Assembly: GCA_964599455.1 (NCBI GenBank)
Contig: CAZREA010000002.1
Span: 51,810 to 115,809, forward strand
DNA from: an uncultured Gammaproteobacteria bacterium
GTDB taxonomy: Bacteria > Patescibacteriota > Patescibacteriia > UBA9934
Reading direction: 5' to 3'
Length of the DNA: 64,000 nt
A model generated the notes under the pieces. The model was given only the letters and a program-made list of their open reading frames with translations, searched no databases and was not told the DNA's origin. Of the stretch, positions 57,178 through 64,000 are shown piece after piece. Numbering within the stretch: the first letter of the stretch is position 1; every line of letters begins with the position of its first letter. The translations under genes were made by a program, and so were the position numbers.

Positions 57178-60100
57178 TTAGGTCATGTAGCGGTCAGCAG
57201 CACGATAGGCATTACGAAGATCATTCAGACGTTTCATTTCAGCTTTACCTGCACCACCTGGATCTATAACCGTTGCACGATGGGTACGCAACGTTTGATC
57301 GATAACCGACATCGCTTCTTTAATAGCTGTCTTTCTTCCCACATCCGTTTCAGCACGCATCATATCTCCGAGCTTCTGGATCTCCTGAGGAGTCAACCCT
57401 CGTATTACCGTATTTGTTACATCATTTCTAGTTGTTGCTGCAAAAGCACTTGATACCGCAGGTGCAAGTTGTCTTACCGCGGAAGGATCAGCCTGAATAA
57501 CCTGTTGCACTCGTAACTGTGCGTCGCGAGGAACAGCAAATGCAGGATTTGAAGCTGCATTCAAATCAAGACGAGGGATGAGATCACCAAGATTTTTACC
57601 TGCGAGCAATAATTTCTTACGAATAGCATTAGCGTCATCCATACTAATAGCCGATCTCGTCTCCATATCTTCAAGCTGTGCTTGAATTTCATCGTGTACC
57701 GCGCTACTTGTTTTTCGAAGATCAACATCAGCTTTAGCCATTGCCAAGACTGCATTATCGGCATTTGGGCCCATAAAATGATAATCTCGCAAATCAGATT
57801 CGTCGACCTGTTTATTTTTATATGCCTCAACAAGATTATCAGATTCTTGAGTAGCAAAAGCCTGCGTAACAAAGGTGTTTCTTACATCGGCAGTCGTAAT
57901 GCTCGGCGACATTCCCGGAGGCGCCACTCTCGCCGCTTCTGCTACTTCTTCAGCCGCCATGTCCTCAGATCGAGTTCCGGCCTTAATCAAGGCTTGGACA
58001 ACGCTTACATTAATAGGCGGCCCCACGACACCAGGCGCGGGAGTTGAAGAAGTGGTATTTCCAAGATCTGCTAACGTTACCGATCGAGCACCTCCACGCT
58101 TGTACAGATCAGTCAGACGATCTGTATCGCCAGCATTCCTTGCACTTGGTAATGCAGGAGCGATTTTTGAAGAACCATATGCACCACGAGCCAATTCATC
58201 CCATTTAGAAATATTCTTTCCGCTTTCGGTTTTGGCGTAAGAAGCCTTAAGTGCCGCGATCACCGCTGGATCTCCTACGGCTTCATCACGCATGACGCGA
58301 GGATCAAAATCTGGAGAATCGATAAAGGCTTGTGCCTTAGCTGCATCAACCTCCATGTATTTATCGATAAATTGAGAGCGTGCCTTCTTCCAATCGCCAT
58401 CATCAAGTAAACGATGATCTTTATCGTGGTCGTATTCCGCAAGAATACCTTTCGCAAAATTCTCTGCATGCTGTTTGCCATTTCTATCTCGTTTCTCACT
58501 AGCATCTCTAAACTTCTTGAATAATTTGGCATCTTTGAGCATTTCTGCCTGCAAATTTCTTGCAATCGCATAATCTTCTTGGGTTTTTGGCTGTACACCT
58601 CTACTTATCTGATGCAAACGCTCAAGCTTGACATCTTCTGTCATGCCCGCAATAGCTTCCTTTGCCTTTTTATTTTCAGGCTCATCTAAATGATGAAGAG
58701 CTCCGTAGGCCGCAGTACCTGCATTCATGATAGTGGTTGAGCCCAGGAAGGCACCGGCACCGGTCAATTTCTTTGCAGACCATGCACCTGCAGTTCTTGC
58801 GCCGCGAACAGTACTATCAAACGGATGCTCGGCAACAGAAGCACTTTTCGCAACGAAACGAGCAGTTTTAGATAAACCTCCCGTTCCCACAGTTCGTTCA
58901 AGACCTGCCGCAGTAAGATTTCCACCAACACGCGTAAGTGTTGCTGGAACCGCCAAACCCGCCCGTGCCACCCGTCCGCCAATACGAGCACTCGTACTCA
59001 TCACGCGCCTGCCCATTTTTTCGTTGATAACCTTCCCTGCCAAACCGCCCAATTTGCTCGACCACTGAGCCGATTCTTTCATGCCCACTAACAAGAAGAC
59101 AACGCCCAGCAGTAAGCCCGTGAGATTGCTTGATTCAAAAATTTCCAAATACAACTGACCATAGGTCGTGCGCTTTTCTGGTTCGGGGAAACTTTCGGTT
59201 TGAGCAAGGTTGCCATTTGAGGCTGCGGCTAAGGACAACCACAAGAAAAAGGCGAGCATCGGGCCCAGAACCAAGGCCGCAGTAAATTGCCCCATCCATT
59301 GACCCCAAAAACTTCCCAAAAAGCCAATAACTTCTTTTGATCCCCAGGCAAAAAATGCCAAAGGTGACATGATGACGGCAATCCACAACACAATAATGCG
59401 CCAAATAAAGGCAACGGCGAGGAGCACAATCACTACCATGACCGCACCTTGCACAATAAGTTTTCCGTAGGCATTGGCGATGTTGGAGGCAACAGAAATT
59501 GCGACGTCACCCGCTTCCGAAGCAGCTTCGAGCGTTGAAGCAGAATATTGCGAGGCTTGCGGCATGACGAGGAGCTGGGCAAAGTTTCCTGCCGCGATAT
59601 CGAGGAGTGCGTTTACGAACGTCATCATGACGATTTGACTTGCATCAATCGCCAAGCCACACACGGTACGACTGAAGTTCACAAGCACAACCGCGCCAAA
59701 CAACCGAGGCAATTGTTGATCCCAGCCACTACCTGTCTTAAAACCCACCATGGTTTTGACGGCGATGACCAATAACACGATAACCACACCCATGTTGACG
59801 ACATCACGGGTAAGCGTCCAGCCAAGAGTAACGATGTTGGAATTGGCAAAGTTGTTGTAGTTAAGCACCTGAATGACCACGACTTCTAACAACGTAATGG
59901 TGATGGAACCCAATCCGTTTGCCACCCAGTTCATGACCTGAGCAATGTAGCCACCAATCCAAATTCCCACTCCATCGGCAGTAGTCCAGGCAAGATTGGC
60001 CGAACCACCGGTATTTGAAGAAGCAGCATCTGCAGCTGCAGACGAAGAAACCGTCGTATCTTCTTGAGCAAAGGCGACAGTAGGTTGAGCAAGAAGAACA

Positions 60101-60249
60101 TTTCCTGCAAAAACAAAAGTGACTACGCTAAAACATGCGAGTGCAAGCATTCTCAACCTTGTCCTAAGCAACATAGATATCAGTAGTATAGCAGAGATGA
60201 AAGAACGAATGCGTGAAAAATGAAGTGAAGATGTGGACGCGCCTTTCAC
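57178..60249 (-). CDS. VirB6/TrbL-like polytopic membrane protein with a long C-terminal domain
   Basis: 1023 aa; signal peptide, about 8 TM helices, then a ~600-aa Ala/Lys/Asp-rich soluble tail; positioned within the VirB4/PrgI cluster. Confidence 0.45.
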   Translation of the reverse strand: MKGASTSSLHFSRIRSFISAILLISMLLRTRLRMLALACFSVVTFVFAGNVLLAQPTVAFAQEDTTVSSSAAADAASSNTGGSANLAWTTADGVGIWIGGYIAQVMNWVANGLGSITITLLEVVVIQVLNYNNFANSNIVTLGWTLTRDVVNMGVVIVLLVIAVKTMVGFKTGSGWDQQLPRLFGAVVLVNFSRTVCGLAIDASQIVMMTFVNALLDIAAGNFAQLLVMPQASQYSASTLEAASEAGDVAISVASNIANAYGKLIVQGAVMVVIVLLAVAFIWRIIVLWIAVIMSPLAFFAWGSKEVIGFLGSFWGQWMGQFTAALVLGPMLAFFLWLSLAAASNGNLAQTESFPEPEKRTTYGQLYLEIFESSNLTGLLLGVVFLLVGMKESAQWSSKLGGLAGKVINEKMGRRVMSTSARIGGRVARAGLAVPATLTRVGGNLTAAGLERTVGTGGLSKTARFVAKSASVAEHPFDSTVRGARTAGAWSAKKLTGAGAFLGSTTIMNAGTAAYGALHHLDEPENKKAKEAIAGMTEDVKLERLHQISRGVQPKTQEDYAIARNLQAEMLKDAKLFKKFRDASEKRDRNGKQHAENFAKGILAEYDHDKDHRLLDDGDWKKARSQFIDKYMEVDAAKAQAFIDSPDFDPRVMRDEAVGDPAVIAALKASYAKTESGKNISKWDELARGAYGSSKIAPALPSARNAGDTDRLTDLYKRGGARSVTLADLGNTTSSTPAPGVVGPPINVSVVQALIKAGTRSEDMAAEEVAEAARVAPPGMSPSITTADVRNTFVTQAFATQESDNLVEAYKNKQVDESDLRDYHFMGPNADNAVLAMAKADVDLRKTSSAVHDEIQAQLEDMETRSAISMDDANAIRKKLLLAGKNLGDLIPRLDLNAASNPAFAVPRDAQLRVQQVIQADPSAVRQLAPAVSSAFAATTRNDVTNTVIRGLTPQEIQKLGDMMRAETDVGRKTAIKEAMSVIDQTLRTHRATVIDPGGAGKAEMKRLNDLRNAYRAADRYMT

Positions 60250-60298
60250 AGTAAACAGAAAAACGGCTCGAGTACATGAAGTACCCGAGCCGCACGAT

Positions 60299-62191
60299 TC
60301 ATTCCGCGGTCACCGTCAGACCACAGCCATCCGACGTGGGATCGTCGGTGGGCGTGACGCCCATGTCGCAGCCGTCCCAGTAGGCGGTTGCCTCGCCCTG
60401 GACGGTGCCAGACGGAAAAGGCGCGAGGCACGACCAGCTCGTCGCGCCATCGATCACGAATTCGACCGAGAAGCGCAGGCTGTCGCCCGAGCTCATCGAA
60501 CGGGTATAGGTGATCGAGGTCGCATCCTCGACCTCGGCGAGTTCGCTGGTCCAACCCGAGCTGTCGCCCGAGGCATCGGTGAACTCGCCCGACAGGGTGA
60601 TGCGATCAGCACGCTCGGCGTCGGGCGTCGTCCAGGTGAGGACGAGCACGTCGCCGGTCGAGCCACAGGTGTCGGATTCGTCGCCTTCCTCGACATCGGA
60701 CGTACCGGATTCGTCAGCATCTTCCCCATCCGATTCGTCGTCCTCGTCTTGAGTGGGATCGGGCGTGCCCGACCCCTGCGACTCTTCCTCTTCCTCTTCC
60801 TCTTCCTCTTCCTCGAGCTCTCCCGCCGTTGTGTAGGTCAAGTCCTCTTCATCTGCCGCACATTCCGTAATTACTTCCGGACTCAGACAGTACAGATCCG
60901 TACTACAGCTGCCGGTGGTGCTCACGGCGTCCTCGAAGTCATCTTCGTCGACCTCGATGACGGTGCGGTTGCTGAAGCCGAGCATGAGGTACGTGTCCCA
61001 CGAGACAATCGGCATGGCGATACCATCACTCATGAGGTACACGTCGCTCTTGCCGATAGGCGACACCAGGCTGCCATCGCGATAGCTGGCCGTTCCCGCC
61101 TTCGGATAGTCGGCGATGATGCCGCCCTCGAAGTCGGTGTCGTACAACAGATCATCATAGGTCGAGGCGGTGATGCCCCAGCTTTTGAGGATGCCCTGCC
61201 AGCCCGAGGTCGGCACTTTCAGACGATAGCGCTCGCCGTCGTCGGTGGTGCCGAACAGCAGCCAGACGCTCGTCGACGAGCTTTCGCTCACGACGGCGAA
61301 AATCTGCGTGTCGTCGGCGATGCCCTCGCCTTCGCCCAGACAGGTGAGTTCATCGGTGGTGATCAGGGCGACGTTGTCGAAGTCATAGTTGCGGGTGAGA
61401 AACGAGGTCTCGGTGATGAAGGGGCGAGCACTGTCGCCGTCGATGAGGTAGACGGCCGCATCGTCCGGCGTCTTCACGAGCGTGCCGTTGGGGTGCATGC
61501 GCACCACCGGCAGTTGCGACTGGTACAGGTGTCCACGGGTGAGGTCGCAGGTCAGGTCCGTGACCGCAATCTCGTCGCTGTCGCCATCGGTTGTCATATC
61601 GGCAGTCACGAACGAAAGCCCCTTGATGGAAGCACCTTTTATGCCGTCCTTCGAGGCCGTGCCGCTGTGGCGACCGATATGGATGTGATCGCCGCTGGCA
61701 TTGCCAGTCTCGCCCTCGTAGGCAAGGAACTGCCCGGCGGCCACCTCGCTGCCGCTGTCGATGAAGATCTCGGACAGATGCCCCAGGATGATATAGGTGC
61801 CGTCGCCGAGATCGATGTTGATGTGGTAGCCGAAGTTGACGTCGGCATCGGTGTCGTGCACGTATGCCGTACCCGACACCGGCGCGAACACCGGTACATC
61901 GATATCGTTGGGCGTGTCAAAATCCGCGTCGTAGCGGGTGCTCGTGCCCGTATGCGAGTAGCTACCACCCGCACCTTGCGTGCACAGGTACTCCTCGCCG
62001 GCCGCGAAGGGCAGGTTGATGGTGATACTGTCTTCGCCACCGCCAGTAATGCCCGTATCCTGCGTGTCCGTAGGAATACTCACGACCGTCGGCGTACAGG
62101 AAACAATGAACAGACCGAGAAACGAAGGAATGGAACGTGTCATGGGAAGAACCCTCTTGAGGATGCGATCATCAGCGATCACCTTCCCCAC
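60299..62191 (-). CDS. M23 (LytM-type) metallopeptidase lipoprotein with a poly-Glu tract, GC-rich
   Basis: Lipobox LGLFIVSCT; M23 motifs HTGTSTRYDADFD and GETGNASGDHIHIG; (GAG/GAA)n at about 60783-60815 encodes nine Glu; about 60% GC. The start appears to be GTG. The antisense 658-aa ORF is judged spurious. Confidence 0.7.
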   Translation of the reverse strand: MGKVIADDRILKRVLPMTRSIPSFLGLFIVSCTPTVVSIPTDTQDTGITGGGEDSITINLPFAAGEEYLCTQGAGGSYSHTGTSTRYDADFDTPNDIDVPVFAPVSGTAYVHDTDADVNFGYHINIDLGDGTYIILGHLSEIFIDSGSEVAAGQFLAYEGETGNASGDHIHIGRHSGTASKDGIKGASIKGLSFVTADMTTDGDSDEIAVTDLTCDLTRGHLYQSQLPVVRMHPNGTLVKTPDDAAVYLIDGDSARPFITETSFLTRNYDFDNVALITTDELTCLGEGEGIADDTQIFAVVSESSSTSVWLLFGTTDDGERYRLKVPTSGWQGILKSWGITASTYDDLLYDTDFEGGIIADYPKAGTASYRDGSLVSPIGKSDVYLMSDGIAMPIVSWDTYLMLGFSNRTVIEVDEDDFEDAVSTTGSCSTDLYCLSPEVITECAADEEDLTYTTAGELEEEEEEEEEEESQGSGTPDPTQDEDDESDGEDADESGTSDVEEGDESDTCGSTGDVLVLTWTTPDAERADRITLSGEFTDASGDSSGWTSELAEVEDATSITYTRSMSSGDSLRFSVEFVIDGATSWSCLAPFPSGTVQGEATAYWDGCDMGVTPTDDPTSDGCGLTVTAE

Positions 62192-62254
62192 TCGTTGGAA
62201 GTCTTATGAAAGACGAGTGGGAAAAACGATTGCATTGCGTTACAAAACGATTTT

Positions 62255-62356
62255 ATTTGGAGATAGTTTCTGTCCTGAAAAGCGAGGACCGACGAGGCGT
62301 ACTGACGAAAGTACGGTGAGTCGGCCGCAGCGATGAAGGCAGAAAATAGCCCAAAT
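62255..62356 (+). ncRNA. candidate structured small RNA/leader element, copy B
   Basis: Paralog of 45439-45538; followed by a strong hairpin ggggcttgg...ccaagcccc and about 500 bp without a credible ORF. Confidence 0.45.
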
Positions 62357-62870
62357 AAAATCGTTTTGCATGGTTGCCCGGGGGCTTGGACTCCCCATTT
62401 CCAAGCCCCATTACAGGAATAATGTTTCGCCAATGCTGTCCCTATTGCCGTTATCTGCCGTTTTCAACGACCGCTCGACAGACTGACGCACACGAGAGAT
62501 GCATGAAGCGAAATGCAGTGTTGTGGTTATTGCGGTAACACGAACGTTCCTCCAAAGCGTCGCGACAGGCTTGTCGGCGCGTTCTGTTTCCATTTCAAAA
62601 TGAAACAGCGATCTCAACAAGAGATCGCCAGCAAAAAATGTGCGGCTTTTTCACGGTGTCGTCCGCACACGGGACAAAGATCTGTTTTTTCGCACCGACA
62701 CCCGGACAAAAACACCTCCAACCTTCCCATCGTTTCTTTCCACTGTCCGTGAACACCTGACACGAAAAGTGCCGCTGTCAGCCGGCACTGAACGGTGGAT
62801 AAGTTTTAGGGACAAAAAAATACAATCTTATGATTGCATTTTTTGTCTCATTATTTTTGTCTTCACTTCA

Positions 62871-63275
62871 TCACGCCATGCCTACATATTTTTTGACGGT
62901 TTGAATTTCTTCATGCAATTCATGATCAGCAGTATCAACATACGACATGACGTGGTCGGTAATCGCTTCGTTCACTTCGCTGACGATATCTTTTCTCAAT
63001 GAAACAAATTTTTCATCCATACGAGCCATGAGACGATTCTCTTGTGCAATAAATCGTCCATCCATCTCATCTCGAATATCACGTTTCAAATCTCGTCCGT
63101 GTTGTTCAAGAGCATCGTGAAGATCGATACGTAATCGCTTACCTTGATCAAGAAGTCGATTACTAAACCGTTCATCCATAATCCGAAACTGATCCATCAT
63201 CACTTTTTGGAAGCGATGAAGATCTTTAATCGTAACGTAAGCGTCTTGTCGTGCCTGTTTTCTTGTACCTGCCAT
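62871..63275 (-). CDS. hypothetical coiled-coil protein
   Basis: 134-aa Arg/Asp/Glu-rich helical ORF. Confidence 0.35.
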   Translation of the reverse strand: MAGTRKQARQDAYVTIKDLHRFQKVMMDQFRIMDERFSNRLLDQGKRLRIDLHDALEQHGRDLKRDIRDEMDGRFIAQENRLMARMDEKFVSLRKDIVSEVNEAITDHVMSYVDTADHELHEEIQTVKKYVGMA

Positions 63276-63448
63276 AAAGATTATTCAGGGGAGAATAATG
63301 ACGGCAATGGGTCTGCGAAAAGAGTATAGCAAATAAACACCCCCCTTGATTTTTAGCCAAATTTTTGTTATATTCACTATGCCGAATCGTCGCTACATAT
63401 GGCGATGACGAGACAAAACCTTTTTTTCCGCTAGGAGGCTCGAAAGAG

Positions 63449-63919
63449 TTGAGAACCCTCATCAATGTTCTCCTCGGCTTGGGCCTCATGGCCTGTGCCG
63501 GCGGAGACGACGGACGTGGCTGCTCCTGTAGGGGCGACCACGACGAAACGGGCCGGGAAACCGCCCCGCCGGACACGAACGAGACCGGTCCTCTCCCCGA
63601 TGACTCGGGTGAGGAGACCGGCGAAGAGCTCTTCGTCCCCGAGCTCGGAGAGTGGAGCTGCGGAGATGAAGGCACGCCATTGGCGCATAATGGCGATGGT
63701 AGCTACGAGATCTTCCCCGTCTTCGGAAGAATCATCGTGGAAGACGGCGCGGGAAACTTCTACTGTGGAAATTGCGTTGATCCCTATCGGGGAGAAGGCG
63801 TTTTCACTGCCAAGAATACCGCCGAGATTATCCGCGAAAAGTACGAGGTCAACGAAGACGGTGAAATGACCGAGAAAATCATCGAAGAGATTCCGTATGA
63901 TTGCTTCTTGGTCGACTGA
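63449..63919 (+). CDS. small GC-rich acidic lipoprotein (putative)
   Basis: Shine-Dalgarno AGGAGGCT, then a TTG start giving LRTLINVLLGLGLMACAGG (lipobox LMAC); Asp/Glu/Gly-rich; about 60% GC. Confidence 0.35.
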   Translation: MRTLINVLLGLGLMACAGGDDGRGCSCRGDHDETGRETAPPDTNETGPLPDDSGEETGEELFVPELGEWSCGDEGTPLAHNGDGSYEIFPVFGRIIVEDGAGNFYCGNCVDPYRGEGVFTAKNTAEIIREKYEVNEDGEMTEKIIEEIPYDCFLVD

Positions 63920-63924
63920 GTCCG

Positions 63925-63995
63925 TTCGGTGAGCCAACGCGTTGGCTCACCGAAACAAAAAAATTCGCAACTTGAATGAGTTGCGAATTTTTTAT
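63925..63995 (+). terminator. tandem hairpins: a perfect 26-bp palindrome, then a hairpin plus T-run terminator
   Basis: cggtgagccaacgcgttggctcaccg, then aattcgcaact-tgaatga-gttgcgaatt followed by TTTTTATT. Confidence 0.6.
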
Positions 63996-64000
63996 TAACT

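Noticed and set aside
60233-62209. 658-aa plus-strand ORF
   Set aside because: It is Arg-rich with low complexity (LFLFLFLFL) and antisense to the minus-strand ORF, which carries lipobox and M23 motifs.
1-64000. CRISPR arrays, rRNA genes, intact IS/transposase or integrase genes
   Set aside because: No regularly spaced short direct repeats, rRNA signatures, or transposase/integrase-like ORFs were seen. The only RT is the DGR RT.

Overview
This is a 64-kb chromosomal window from a small-genome bacterium of roughly 45-48% GC. Dense, overlapping housekeeping genes and many hypothetical secreted or membrane proteins suggest a Candidate Phyla Radiation (CPR)/Patescibacteria-like organism, possibly an epibiont; this is inference only. 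Recognisable core genes are dnaE, pheT/pheS, rseP, a phosphoglucomutase/phosphomannomutase (PGM/PMM), lemA-htpX, clpC-like, radA, recG, a znuACB-like transporter, comF, five tRNAs and a type IV secretion (T4SS)-like cluster (VirB4 split into two ORFs, PrgI/VirB3-like, VirB6-like). The most notable feature is a complete diversity-generating retroelement (DGR) on the minus strand at about 15.2-18.2 kb. It comprises a reverse transcriptase (LGNLTSQ and YCDD motifs), an Avd-like four-helix-bundle gene on the opposite strand, a 136-bp template repeat (TR), and a 136-bp variable repeat (VR) forming the C-terminus of a GC-rich target gene. All 16 TR/VR mismatches fall on TR adenines, and a C10 homopolymer sits in the RT/avd divergent promoter. 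Further observations: (i) a ~95-bp palindromic element inserted in frame into three unrelated genes (pheT, PGM and a T4SS-cluster gene), resembling Rickettsia palindromic elements (RPEs); (ii) a ~100-nt sequence present twice with compensatory base changes in predicted stems, a candidate small structured RNA, one copy leading into a ~500-bp ORF-free hairpin-rich region; (iii) several compositionally atypical GC-rich (~60%) genes encoding lipoproteins or secreted proteins, two directly downstream of tRNAs and two sharing a near-identical terminator motif; (iv) a Cys-rich secreted protein fusing a VirB2-like two-TM hairpin to an M15 peptidase. No CRISPR array or rRNA was found. All coordinates are read by eye and may be off by a few bases.
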